Source of the DNA: the human T2T-CHM13v2.0 reference genome, Homo sapiens
Length of the DNA stretch: 64,000 nt
Assembly (NCBI RefSeq): GCF_009914755.1
Contig: NC_060934.1
Direction: 5' to 3' (one strand)
Every line of letters begins with the position of its first letter. Position 1 is the stretch's first letter. Positions 26,458 through 39,820 of the stretch are shown piece after piece. A program made the position numbers and the translations under genes. The notes beneath the pieces were generated by a model that saw only the letters and a list, made by a program, of their open reading frames with translations, was not told the origin of the DNA and did not search any database.

Positions 26458-28649
26458 TAAGTCAAGGTGAGGACAGAAGAGAATGGAAGAAAAGAAAATA
26501 GCCTTCCTGAAGGGGAGATGAGAAGAACTACCTGATAGGGTGGGAGAATATACGAGATTAAGGCATTTATGTCAGCAGCAGAGCACCCTCCCCGAGACAA
26601 GGCAGGGGACAAAGGTCTGATACATTTACCCCTGGTTCAGTGAGGAGCAGGGCTGGAGGAGAAAGGCTCTAGGACTTCCTCACATGGCACCCTGCCCCCA
26701 CACACACCTCCCATCCCCAGCTGCCTGGCCCGCCATGGCCAGGCCTCGGCCTTGACCCTGGGCTGCAACAGATCTAGCTGGGTTGCTGGCAGCCCACACA
26801 AACCTCCAGCTTTCTGGAAAGGGGGCAATGGTGACTGCCATGCTGACTGGTATGAAGGGCACCTGGCTCCAGCAGGGGAGGGAAGCTAACAGAGAAAAGC
26901 CACCCAGGTGTGGCTGCCTCCATCTGAGCAATGCACCTGGCTACCAAGTGACCGGCACACGGGCTAGCTGCAGGACATTCCTGCCCTCTGAACTGCACCC
27001 GGGGCCGAGACAGATCCTGCAGTCAGCTGAGCACACAGAGGCTGTGAGTGCCAAGGGTCAGGTTGTTTCTGCCCCCAAACCCTGTGTTCCATCTGCCATT
27101 CTGCAGCTCTCTCTGAAGCCACTTTTCTTTTGTTGCCACATTTCATGCTGGGGATGTAAGGAGAAACAAAATGACATGCAGAAGCAGCCCCACCTGAGGA
27201 AGAGACTGGGCTGAGGTTTCAAGGTAGAAGACAGAAAAATCCTAGAGGAAAGGGCTCCTTGCCCAGGGAAGCTATCATACTAGGTCTGCGTGCTCGGACT
27301 TCCCTGGGCACAGCCTCACTTCTTCCAGGGAAAAACAAACTAGATCTTAAGACAGAGAGGCAACATGAATGAAAACCAAGGCCAACCTGCTCAAGATGGT
27401 AGAGAAAACAGACCGAGGAGCCTAGTGTCTGCCGCCTCAATGAACCACTGGATTGGCCCTGGGTCTACCCAGGGTCTCCAGGTTTAAGTGACTGAGAGTT
27501 GAAATTTACCCCATGCTCAGCTCTCCCAAGACATTCTGTGGGGCAAGAGTTGTTCCCACCATGATGGGAAGCTCTTCTATAATATGTCTATTAAGATAGG
27601 TGCCTTTTTGTAATCTACCTAAAGGTGCCATATAGATGGGCAGTGGCCCTGGACTATGCCCAGATATCTTGTCCTAAAACACAAATAAAAACCAATCTGT
27701 TTCAAGATAAAGTGAAATACATAAAATAAACCAAGGCTTTGGGAAGTCACACTCCCAGGGCTAAGCAGAAGTGACCAGATGTTGGGAGGTGGTGGCGTTT
27801 CATCTCTGGGTGCCACCCTGCCATGGTGGCAGCCTGCTGCCTGCTGCCCTCCGTGTGGAAAAAGAGGGCCCAGCTCATGGTGGGAGAGGATGGTGGGGCT
27901 CAGGATGTGGGTGTTGACAGGGGCAGGGCTGGGCCAGAAGATTTATTCCCTCACAGCAGAGGAACCCGCTGCTACCTGACTCAGGGATGTTTCTGACCTG
28001 GGTTCTCTAGCAATGAAGGCCACAGGTTGCAAAACCCTGAGGGAAGGCGTTTCTTTACATTGCACATCCTGTGACTGCTGAAAGTACCAAGCCTTACACT
28101 ACGGATGCAAAAGAGCCATGTGATCTGCTCAGTCCTCTTTCCAGGCTCCTCCCTGAAACTTCTCTAACAGGGGAGTACAGGTTTCTGTTTAAGTTGATCC
28201 CCTCCGCATGAAACTCTTGCCTGTCACACACAAGGTGGACCCCTACTCCTTCAAAACCCACCAGGCCCTCTGAATGCCCTGACACTGATGCCATTGGCGG
28301 CCACACTCTCCTGCACTCACTGCACCTGTGATTTCCTCTGACCCTGCACAGCGAGCTACTGGGATTCTGCCTCGCCCTCTCTAATGACCATGATCACCAT
28401 CACAGAACTGCTCCCTGGCCAGTGAAGGAAGGCATTTTACAACAAACTAATGACCAACTCATTCATTTATACAAGTAACATCTAAGAATGCTCTAAACAT
28501 GCATGTTTCTGAGCTATGTTCTCAAATGTGTGCCAGGCCCCCCACGCTGCAGGCATGTTCACCAACATGTGTCCACAGACTCAGCCCTAGGATTACAGTT
28601 CCACTCATGCCTCCTGCTGTGTCTCCGATGACATAATGGAGGTTTCTCA

Positions 28650-29335
28650 AAATTTTATTTTATTTGTTTTAAATGACATGGGGTAAAATTGAGTTTTGAG
28701 GTGCCCAGTTCTAAGAATTGTAACACAGGTATAGATGTCTGTAACCACTGCCACAGTCAGGTCTCAGGACAGTTCCATCACCCCTGCATGCCACCCCTCT
28801 GCAGTCCCACCTTCCCTCCAGCCCGACCCCTGGCAACCACAGATCTGTCTTCTGCCACTATGTTTTGTCTCTTAGACAAGGTGATGTACAAAGAATCATA
28901 CAGTGTGTAACCTTCTGGGATTGGCTTTTTTTACTGAGCATAATTCCCTGAAGATTTATCCCAGTTGTTGCAAGCAACGATTGTCTGCTCCTCTCTGTTG
29001 GTAAAGAGTATTCCACATGCTGTAGCTAGCCATCCACTCACCTGCTGGATGACTTGTGGGTTGTTCCAAGTTTTTAGTGGTTATAGAGTTGTTATAAACG
29101 TTCAAATATAGGTTTTTGTGTGATGTTTTCATGCCTCCAGAGTAAATACCCAGGAGTGGGTTTGCTAGGCCACATGGCAAGTTATGTTTAACTTTGTAAG
29201 AAACTGCCTATTTGTCCAGGGTGGACCATTTTGCCCTCCCACCTGCAAAGCATGAGCGTTTCAATTGCTCCACATCCTTGTCAGCGCTTTTTTTTCTTTT
29301 AGCCATTGTTCTAGGTGTCAGTAGCACAGTAATTA
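28650..29335 (-). mobile_element. Old L1 (L1MB/L1ME-like) 3' fragment
   Basis: cccctggcaaccacagatctg...gtaaatacccaggagtggg...ctttgtaagaaactgcc. Confidence 0.75.
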
Positions 29336-32300
29336 CCTTTCCCTTATGCTTAAGGAACTTTCCCATCCTAGACTTGAACTCAAGTGCTCCTGGATAGCTG
29401 CTGAGCCAGATTAAATTCTTACATAGCACAGTTTCCTCTCAGAAGCATTAGGAAAGGATGATCACACAGACCAGGTTTAAAATGCAGTGATGAACCTTCC
29501 TGGACTCTGGGCATCACAAAGTGAGTCTGTAGTTTTCAGAGCTTGCAATGGCCTGTCTAGCCTTCTGTTCTGCCAACAATGAGGTACTATAACAGCAGGT
29601 AGCAGCCTCTGGGCTGAATCTCCCACCTCTAATGCAAGCCCCTTTTCCCCCAGTTTGAGGGTGATAATCATGGAAAGTATGTCCATGGGGAAGAACTATT
29701 TGATTTGGCTACTGAGAGAAAAGTCAACCTCAAGGAATTCCGAGGTTGTGCACCTTTCTGGAAGATAACACACTTTAAGCTCTTAATGGAAACTTTCTGA
29801 GTATATCATTTTGTAGGTGTCTTTCCATGATTCAGGCTGGAACTTAACATTCTTACTAAGAGAGGTTTAGCATTCTCTTATGCAGACTCCTGCAAAACAA
29901 CACTTTTTCACAGAGATCACAGTTGGATGTGTAACTTGAATTAAGTCACGGTAATAAAAGAAAAATGCAATTGCAGCCTCTGCAAGTTCTCTCAACATCA
30001 AAAGTTCAATTGGGTAATACCATTATCACAGCAACAGATCAATAACTGGGACAGGGAATGTTTATGTTAACGTCATCTTAGAGTTTAAAAATGTGACTGC
30101 AGCTCCACAGAGCTGCACTATCAGGAATCTATTTACCCATGAGAGAATTACAAATTATCAGGGGCAGACTTCCTCTTCTACCTGCAAGATAAGTGCTCAT
30201 TTTTTATTCAATGGAGTAACTTGTAAAACAAACTCTCCCCTAACAACAGCCACTGCACATACAACTATAGCCACCAAGGAGCTTGAGGCTGTGCATTCAG
30301 AAAGCTCTATTTGACAGAGGGTCTCCTCAATGGGTCTCCATAGTACCCATCTCAGGAGAGTAAAGTATGCTGTGAAGCTTATCAGTCCTACTATCATCGA
30401 CATGCCTTGGATATGAACTTGACTTAATCTCAAGTACCATGGGTGCTGATTGGCAAATTTATTTAAATCTATTATGAAAAGAGAATATAGAGTTCTATGG
30501 TGTATATGTTAAATAAAAATAAAGAAACAAAAGAAATGTCTTTCCAAAACAAAGGACATAATCCAGAAGTGGCTTTGGGAGGTAGCAGAGTGTGGTGGCT
30601 GAGAATTGGTCCTTCTGAGAACAGAACTCAGAAAACACTAATTTTCACCATCTCGCTCCATCCTCATGCCAGCACTGTGAGGCAGGGCCAGTGATTATGG
30701 AGTCTGGATTACAGGTGGTGTCTGGATTCAGAGCCAGTCAGTCCTTCCCAGATGCTCGTGGGCAGTCCCAGGCATCGCAAATGCATGCTCAGAGGCAGAG
30801 TCTATGCTCTGATGTGAATGCCTTGTATCCAGGTGAGCAGACAGGCAGACAGCAGTCCCTTCCCAAGAAGTAGGCCTGGGATGCCAACAGGGAAAATAGT
30901 GAAAAGCCCTTGGCATGAATTGTTTGAGGTTTTGGAACAATCCCATACCACTCAGTAGGCAGTATGAGCTCCAACTAAAGGGGAAGTTGGGGGAGAAGGG
31001 AACTGGCCCCATCCTCATCAGAGGCAGGAGCCCTGGCTTGGTGTGGAGAAACAGAAGACTTGAGGCCACAGAACCCAAGACTTCCCAAAGATAGAAACAT
31101 GGAGCTGTCCCTGGTGGGAGAGGGTGATGGAGGGGAAAGAAAGAATCTCACTGGAACACCTCCAGGGGGCCCCGCACCCCTCTCTACAGCCTCACCCCCA
31201 GGTTCCCAGTGTACCTCTGGGTGGCATGGGATGCAGCCACAAGGCTGCAAGGCTCTGCTTGGGCCAGGCTGTGTGTGGGGTGGCAGCAGACCCCTGAGCA
31301 GAGCTGTCTGCTGGATAGGTGAAAATATGCAGCTGAGTATCCAATGGCTACTGAAGACGTCCAGGGGCATTTTCAGAGGTAACCGTTAGAGCCACCACCA
31401 GGTCTACTCTCACCATCTCCTTGGAGCGGAGGCTACTGGTCCACTGGGACCTCTGGCTCTAGCAGCATAACTCATAGTAGGTCTTCACTCAGATGTGAGG
31501 GCTGGAATCCAGTTGCGCTCCCAAATCCAGCATTCTGCTGTGACTGCTGACTTAGGTGTGCCTTGACCCAGGGTCCAGAGACACATGGGGCCTAGGCACT
31601 CTCGGAGGCACCAAGCGCCCCACCTACTCTGCAGCTTCAGGTATAAATGAGCCTTGAGATCATATCTGGCCAGATTCCCCCTCCACCCCACCTCTGCATG
31701 GTCACCCAGGGACTGAGAGCCAGTCACCCAGCATGCTCTAGGACAGTGGGAGGACTGGAAAAGTCTGGAGCTCAGGAGAGAAGTCTTGGATGGATATGAA
31801 GACGTGCACTTTGGGTTGGACGAACTCACTCAGAAATCATGAGCAGAGCAAATTCGCCTCAGGTCCTTGAGTCCAAAAAGTACACAGGATGTTCAGCAAA
31901 GTGCGTCCTCAGAATGGATTTGACATGACAGAAAGTCACCACCTAACTGCTTCAAGGACAGGCAGAGGTGACCCCTTCGGGAGCCTGCTAAATCTGGCAT
32001 AGAAAGACCCAAGGCCAAATATTATTCGTTCAAGTCTCTACAAGTTATCAGACAGACAGATGCCTGTCAATGTCACCAACATATGTTTTGGAAGCTAAAA
32101 TGTGATTATAGACAGTGTTCTTGGGGAGAGTCCTAATACCTGGAACTTTCAAAGTCTCACAGCAACTGCTCCATGGTCTAACATGGTCATTCATTTCCTC
32201 TCCCCTGTGGTCCATAGATGTTTGAATTCCCAGCTGCCTTTCAAAGGACTGTTACTGGCAGTACTATTCAAGAGGATGCTTTTGCTTAGAAAAAAGGGAG

Positions 32301-32454
32301 CCTTTGGTTATCTACTTCAACATAGATGTTCATGCTGAGAATTTGCAGACTTGAACACTCTCAATATTCTGATCAACTGCAATCTTTAACACTCTCCTAG
32401 ACCCATCTAATTGTGCAAGGGCCTACTTAGGAACATGTGCTCTCAGAGACAGGA

Positions 32455-32665
32455 AGACTGCCATTTACTAGCTGTGTGACCTCGGACGAGGTACTTCACC
32501 TCTTTATTCCTCCATTTCCTTATCTACAAAGTGGGACTCATAATAGTAACTATCCAATAGAGTTATTTTGAGGATTAAATGCATAAAAACATGTAATGTG
32601 CTTGAAAAAATACCTGGTAGGCATACAGTAAATGCTATACAAGTGTTTGATTATTACTATTGCTA
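32455..32665 (+). mobile_element. MIR
   Basis: ctgccatttactagctgtgtgacctcggacgaggtacttcacctc...gttattttgaggattaaatg. Confidence 0.8.
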
Positions 32666-32859
32666 CTATTTACATTATAGATGATAAACAAGTATTGTTT
32701 AAACAGTCCGTTGCTTTGAAATATTTACAGGTAGAAAGAAGAAAACACTTTGAGACGTTTTGGAAAGTATATGTGCTAAACGCTAATGAACACCACTGTG
32801 TCTCAGGCCAGGGCCAAACACATCTGGCTATTTTATTTTATTTTTTGGTAGGAAAGACA

Positions 32860-33360
32860 ATCCTTCTAAATAATAAGTCAAACCATGCCACTCACTGCCC
32901 TGCACACAGTTCTCCAGTGGTTTCTCATCACATTCTGAATCCAGAGTTCTTATCAGGATATCAGCATGGATAAGGGTCTTGATCCTTCATTACCTCATCC
33001 TGTGCCTGCCTCTGACCTCGGCTTGCTCCACACGTCCCTCTTGCTGACCAGGGCTCCAGCCACATGGATCTCCATGTGTTTCCTGGACACACCCCATGTG
33101 GCACTGTTCATTCAGGGTCTACTTCAGGACCTTTGCCCAGGCTGTGCTCTCAGCCCAGCCTGAGATGTTCTCCCCACAGAGCCATGTGTCTCATTCCCTC
33201 ACTCTCAGGTCTCTGCTCAACTGTGACGTCCTCCCCATTGAATACAGCCCCCCACCCCCAGCTCCCCTTGCCCTGTTCTACTGCTCTCAGAGCACATATC
33301 ACTCCTTGGTATTATAAGGTATCATCCATTTGGTAGCCTTCTGTCTTCCTCCACTAAAGA
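32860..33360 (+). mobile_element. L2 fragment
   Basis: ccttctaaataataagtcaaaccatgccact...caggacctttgcccaggctgtgctctcagcc...tcaggtctctgctcaa. Confidence 0.65.
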
Positions 33361-34061
33361 ATGTGACAATAGCACCTAATATTTACTTAGTACAACAACT
33401 AGTCTATGTGGAAGTTACCCTTATTATAGTCCTCATTCGACATGTGCAGAGATGAAGGTGGAGAAGTGGCGAGCATGCAGACAGTAGCTAGTGAGCAGCA
33501 GGGCTGGTGTAGAGCCGGCCTCTGACCACATCACTGGGCTCCCCAAAGGCAGTGACTCCGTAGCTTATTTACTGCTGCATCCAGGGCCGTGTGGATAAAT
33601 GTTGACAACAGGCTTGACAGGAAAGAAAGCTCTGATGTGAGCAGTAATTTCTGATTTTCATGTGTGACTACCCTTACCACAGCTAATTTCAAGGTGCCAA
33701 TGTATGTGCCCCCTTTAGTGGATGAGAGAGGCTCGAGGATGCTGCTGGCTGCAACTTCAGCTCCTAGAAAGACATCTGACTCAGGCAGCCATTTTTGAAT
33801 GAATGAATGAAAAAGACAAAATGAAAGAAAACCAGTCTGATACTGTCTTTTAGCACCCCCACCCCCATCTGCCTGGCCTCAGGAATGTAGACAGGGACAC
33901 TCTCCTCTTTCCAATGAAACTCTTTCTTTCTTTTAGCTTCTCTAGAGGTTCCACGACAACACTCTAGCAAGAACACCTGGGTTCTGCTGCTTGGAGTCAT
34001 CTAAAATCTCCACATGGCTTTTAACTTACTAGTTTAAAATATAGGTAGAAGATAGATCAAT

Positions 34062-34099
<38 letters not shown>

Positions 34100-34101
34100 A
34101 G
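34062..34101. repeat. Interrupted (GA)n microsatellite
   Basis: Direct read. Confidence 0.9.
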
Positions 34102-34104
34102 GAT

Positions 34105-34730
34105 ATCTTCCATTGGTGAGGGTATGAGAAAGTGGTCACTCTGATTCTTTTTTTTTTTTTGGTGGGAGAATAAAATAGAAAAATACTTTAGGAAGTTAAT
34201 TGGGCAGACTCTATCAAAATTAAAAATGAGGCTATACTTTCACATAACGATCCCACTTCTAAAAATCTCTCCTACAGAAATACTCACATAAAGTTATATG
34301 TGAAAGGATGTTTACCAAAGCATCCATTCTAAGAGTGAAAAATTAGAACAACCTAAATGGCCAAGAGTTGCATACTGGTTAAAGAAATGATGATACTGTA
34401 ACACTTTGCAGTCATTAAAGAATGAGGTAGATCTATACGTACTGATGTAGAAAGATGTGCCTGAGATATTGTTAATGAGAAAACAATTCAACCTGTGAAC
34501 ACTGTGTAAAGAATCATTCCCATTTTTAGGGAACTTGGCACACAGAAATGGATTTGTCAGAATCTGTAGCCATGACCCACACTAAATGTGGGTGGACTGT
34601 ATATACATATTGGGAATATATAATAAATATGGATCTACACTTGTATATACAAAAACAATTTAGAAGAATATATGCCAAACTCCTGACAGAGACCACTTAG
34701 AGGAATAATTTCACTTTCTATTTTAACAAA
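34105..34730 (+). mobile_element. L1ME-like 3' fragment
   Basis: cattggtgagggtatgagaaa...atcccacttctaaaaatctctcctacagaaatact...gaacaacctaaatg. Confidence 0.65.
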
Positions 34731-34849
34731 TGGAGATTCTGATTGCCGGCCTACTTCTCTATCACTGTCCAATGAGGTCAAGACATTAAACACCCTGAAA
34801 ACCCAAAGACTCAGACTTTACCAAGTACTTTTGACAAAAGGCATCAGAG

Positions 34850-35074
34850 CTCAGAGTGCAGTGGGGAAGAACAGGGATCTGTGGCCAAGTGCCTGGTTGG
34901 AGCAGCTCTGCCATGTCCTAGTGGGAGACTTTGTATTAGTATTTACCTTCCTGTGCCTCCTCTAACTCATCTGTGAAATGGAGACAATAAGAGTTGTCTC
35001 AAAGTTAAAGGAGTGCTTCTCCTGGTAAGCACTGGAACAGTGTCTGCATGTGGGAAGTGCCATGGAAGGGTGAG
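34850..35074 (+). mobile_element. MIR running directly into the trinucleotide tract
   Basis: agagtgcagtggggaagaacaggg...ctctgcc...ctcatctgtgaaatggagacaataa...taagcactggaacagtgtctg. Confidence 0.65.
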
Positions 35075-35488
35075 CATTATCATTATCATCATTATTACCA
35101 CCGCCATCACCACCATCATCATCACCATCCTCTTCATCATCACTACCATCATTATCACCATTACCATTATCACCACCATAATCACCATCATCATCACCAT
35201 CATCACCATTACCATCATCATCACCATTATTACCAACACCATCATCATCACTATCATCATCAATATTACCATTATTATTACCATCACTGTCATCACCATC
35301 ATTACCATTATCATCACCATTATTACCATCACTACCACCATCATCATCAGCATCATCACCATTACCATCACCGTCATCATCATCACTACCATTATCACCA
35401 CCATCATCACCATCACTATCACCATCATCATTATCACCACTATCATCACCATCATCAGTACCATCATCAATACTATCATCATCATCAC
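35075..35488. repeat. Compound (CAT/CAC/TAT/TAC)n trinucleotide tract, ~414 bp
   Basis: Direct read; produces the His/Tyr-, Ile/Thr- and Met/Val-rich ORFs. Confidence 0.97.
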
Positions 35489-36750
35489 AGTAGTGTTAGG
35501 TCATAGACATGATGTACAGGGCACAAACCAAGCATTAAAACCAAATCTAAAATAGCAGTAGGTATGCCTGATTATTTGTTAAATTCATGTTGCATGCAAT
35601 GTGGGCAATGGGCACATATGACTGAACTAACAATTTTTATTCTTCATCTTTCTATGAACACTCTCACGATAAATTTATGAGGCTATGTCTTATTGTCTTT
35701 TGGTGATCACATGTGCTCGTTGGAAATTCATAAATTTAATTTTAAGAAGTTATAATAATAAATTAGAATTGATTCTGGCTAGGAAAAAAAATCTCCTTAA
35801 ATGCACCATAAGTTTATTGCAAACTCAGAATTTTACATAGAAATTTTCTTCTTGATATTTTGGGTGCCTAGCTTGATGTTACAGATATGTTGATGATGTT
35901 TTTCTTTTCTTTTCTTTATTATTTTTTTTTGAGACGGTGATGTTTTTCTTTCTTTCCAAAACGGCACTTTATTTCTAGTATTCTCCATGTAGGACTGAAA
36001 AAGTCTTTTAATAACTCTGAGGTACTCTGTGCTCAAAACTGAAGTTTTAAATGAAATAGGCTTTAAAAATGTGAGCAGAAATGATATTGTTTCATGAGAT
36101 TTCAAAAATAAAATGCAGAGAAAAAGTTTTTAAAAATATTTCCCAGCAGTGCAATGATCTCAGAAATGAAGTGCCCAATAACGGCAGCAAATCAGCCACG
36201 CTGAGATGGAAAACAAGCTACTGCTCTGCAGGGAGGGACAGTCTCTGCAGGCACGTGGGGACAGCGTGCCCCAGAGTGGAGCCGCACCATGACACCTGGG
36301 ACCAGGGTGGACTGCACAACCAGGAAAGGCCACCCATGGGCTGGCCTGCTGGATGTGCAGGCCTGCCTCCTGCCTAGGCCATCCTCCAGCCCAGCACATC
36401 TCCCTGCACCTGCTCACCTTGGTCAGGTGACTCCCAGGCTCATGCTCCCACCTCTCTGGCACCTTGCCCCCTGCCTATCAGCGCTCAACAATTATTGGGG
36501 AATGAATAAATAGAAGACTGGGAAAGCAATGTGAATGAATCAGTGATGCATTAAACAGGAGAAGCACATAGTCCTGAGGGGGCCAATTCCAAAGTCAAGT
36601 TCCTTCTCAAAGCACAAAGCCACATTACCCTTCTAGAACAAAGTGGGGACAACTCTGTTGGTAGCAATCTGCAGTAGGATTCCCTTTGTCTCCCAAAAGG
36701 GAGGCCTAAGGAGAGCTTAAGGAGCTCCCCAGTTTTAAAACATTTCTTGA

Positions 36751-37058
36751 GGCCAGGTGCAGTGGCTCACACCTGTAATCCTAGCACTTTGGGAGGCCAA
36801 AGTGAGAGGATTGCTTGAGGCCAGGAGTTTGAGACCAGCCTGGGCACATAGCGAGATCCCAGCTCCACAAAAAAAAAAAAAAAAAAAAAAAGTTAGATGT
36901 GGTGGCACATGCCTGTGGTACCAGCTACTTGGGAGGCTGAGGCAGGAGGATCAGTTGAGCCCAGGAGTTTGAGGCTATAGTGAGCTACGGTTGCCATTGC
37001 ACTCCAGCCTGGGCAATAGAGCAAGACTCTATATCAAAAAAAATAATAAATAAATAAA
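36751..37058 (+). mobile_element. AluJ
   Basis: ggccaggtgcagtggctcac...ggattgcttgaggccaggagtttgagacc...gagcccaggagtttgaggctatagtgagctacg; long internal A-linker. Confidence 0.92.
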
Positions 37059-38494
37059 GACTCCTTGAAAGTAACTGTGTCACTTAGCCCACCTTCAACA
37101 AAATTGGAGCCCCAGTGAATTTCTATTGGTCTCTGACACAGCTGAGAAGCACGTGACCTGGTTCTTGCTAGGCAAGTGTTGGCAGGGGCAGGCAGTAGAG
37201 GGGCCTTGGCACTAACTGTGTGGCCTGCAGGGAAAAGACAGCCCTGTGTCAAGGTTAACAGACTTCCTGATACAGGATATTCTCACTTCCAGTGTGGGAG
37301 AGATATGATCTTGATCACATCCAGCTTACCGAACGCCGAGATACCTGCTCTCTCTAGACTGGAGGAAGCCATGAAAGCAAATGGCTTCTGTTTTCCGCAC
37401 GCCCATCCCTTCTGAAGCCTCAGCATCCGTTCTTCCCTCCAGCTGACATACATAACTCCCCGCAACAATAATGGGCTGTGCATGTGTACCTAGGGGAGCA
37501 TAGAAATTTTATCTCTGCAAAAATGGTACTAGCGTGGTACAAGCAAAGTTTGTATTTTTTTCCCAAGGCTTTTACTTGGGGCAATATATTGTACATGTGG
37601 TTGTGGCTTTTTTTCTTCTTTTTAATTTTAAATCGAGATTATGAACATATTTTATGCAGGTTAATATATCCTTTTCATGTAAAATTTAACTGAAACCAGT
37701 TCTAGCACATTAACGACAACAAGAGAAATTCTCTGGCTTATTATAAACATCCTTCAAGAAACCTGAAATGCATGTCCTCTGGAAATAATTTTGCTGGGAT
37801 TTGGGTTATTATTAAAATCCTCTCAGAATTCTATCACTGCTTTCTAATGTGCTTCAAAGTCCTTTTCTGCTACTGATAAGAGACAGATTCTTTTTTGGCC
37901 CTGGCAGTACATTCTCAATGGTGAAAACTAGGGCCGGGGGAAGAAACTTCTTCCCAACACCCAGCAGATGTGGAACAAGGCAGGGCATCTCAGCCCTGGG
38001 CTGGCCACACTATGGTTTTCAACAGCGCTATGGAGGAGGCAGGTTCCTACGGCAGGGTCCCTCTGAACAAGGATGAATGAACTACTTCCTTTCTGTCCAT
38101 TTTGAGCATTCTAATCTTTGGGTTTCTGTGAGAAGAGGGAGGCTTACTGTGGACTGTAAGCTTGAGGGAATCACAGGCAAGTAAGTCTTGGTCACCTGGC
38201 CAAGTGCTACACTAGGAGATCATGGGGCAAGGCTACATATACCTGGTTGACATACGGATGAGCTGTTCTGGAAAGGTTTGCAGGAATTAGGGAGAGTCAC
38301 AAGGACTTTTAGAATTCTCATATTTAGTTTTCTCCTTGTTGACAGATAAAACAACTCCCTTTCTCCCCAGGGGGCTGACCTGTCTTACTAAAGTGAAAGC
38401 AGAGTCCTCTCTGGAGGTGGGTGGCAGCGGCTCTGGATCCTGATAGCGTCGACCCCACCAGAGGTGCCTACTTAGTCTGAAAAGTTAGTCAGAG

Positions 38495-38650
38495 CCACAC
38501 TTCTCAAACTTTACTGTTTATCATATTCATCTGGGACCTCGTTAATTGCAGGTTCCACTTCAGTAGGTCTGAGTCAGGGCCGGAGATTCTACTTTTCCAA
38601 CAAGCTCCCAGGCAGTGCCTGGCCTTCTGGCCCACAATTGGAGCAGGGAG
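38495..38650 (-). mobile_element. MER5A-like MITE
   Basis: ttctcaaacttt...ttcagtaggtctgagtcagggccggagattctacttttccaacaagctcccagg. Confidence 0.7.
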
Positions 38651-38842
38651 GACTCAGACTAAGTTCCAACCACAGATCCTCCCACGCAAACATTATTCAT
38701 CATTCACTCCACATACATTGGCCAAAGGGGCGCTCTAGTGACTCCAGGTTCCCTGCTGAGGATATCATTAGGGGTAAGACCAGTTCTCCCTGACTTTAAA
38801 ACCAGTTCCCATGTAAATTTAAAGCTTCTGGGAATCAAGGGA

Positions 38843-39820
38843 CACAATTAACAGAATGAAAAAGTCACTACAGGACAGGTGAAAATTTTGGCAAATTATG
38901 TAACTGATGTGGAATTAAAATTCACAATATATAAAGAACTCCTACAATTCAGCAACAACAAAAAATCAAACAATCTCTTTTTTTAAAAATGGTCAATGGA
39001 CTTGAATAGCCATTTCTCCAAAGATAGACAAATGGCTGACAAGAACATAAAAAGATGCTCAACATCACTCATTAGGGAAATGCAAATCAAAACCACAATG
39101 AGATACCACCTCACACCCATTAGGATAGCTACTATCAAAAAAAAAAAAAAGGAAACCAACAAGTGTTGGTGAGGATATGAAGAAATTGAAACCCTGTGTG
39201 CTCTTTGTAGGAATGTAAAATGGTGCAGCTGATTTGGAAAACAGTGTAGCAGTTTCTCAAAAAACTAAAAATGCCATTACCATCTGATCCAGCAATCCCC
39301 CTTCTGGGTATATAACCAAAATAATTAAAAGCAAGAACTCAAACAGATATTTGTACACCATGGTCACGTCAGCATTAGTCACAACAGCCAAAAGATGGAA
39401 GCAACTCCGTTGTCCAGCAAGGGATAAATGGATACAAAAAATGTGGTATATACTTACAATAGAATATTATTAGGCCTTAAGAAGAATGAAAATTCTCACA
39501 CACACAGCAACGTGGATGAATAAGGACATTATGCTAAGCAAAATAAGCCAGTCACAAAAGGACAAATACTGCATGATTCCACTTCTATGAGGTTGCTAAA
39601 GCAGTCAAATTCATTGAGACAGAAAGTAGAATGGTGGAAGCTAGGGGCTGGCTGGGTGGGAGTGGGGGGTGTTTCTTGAGTACAGAGTTTCAGTTTTGCA
39701 AGATGAAAAGAGCATTGGAGATTGACCACACCACAGTGGGAGTGTTTCACATGACTGAATTGTACACTTAAAAATGATGAAGATAGTACGTTTGCTGTTA
39801 TGTGTATTTTACCACGATTT
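38843..39820 (+). mobile_element. L1MB-like 3' fragment (ORF2 end + 3' UTR)
   Basis: gaaatgcaaatcaaaaccacaatgagataccacctcacaccc...aagccagtcacaaaaggacaaatactgcatgattccactt...gtattttaccacgat. Confidence 0.88.

Noticed and set aside
34967-35555. His-rich, Ile/Thr-rich and Met/Val-rich ORFs as proteins
   Set aside because: Direct consequence of a stop-free trinucleotide tract; no splice or promoter support.
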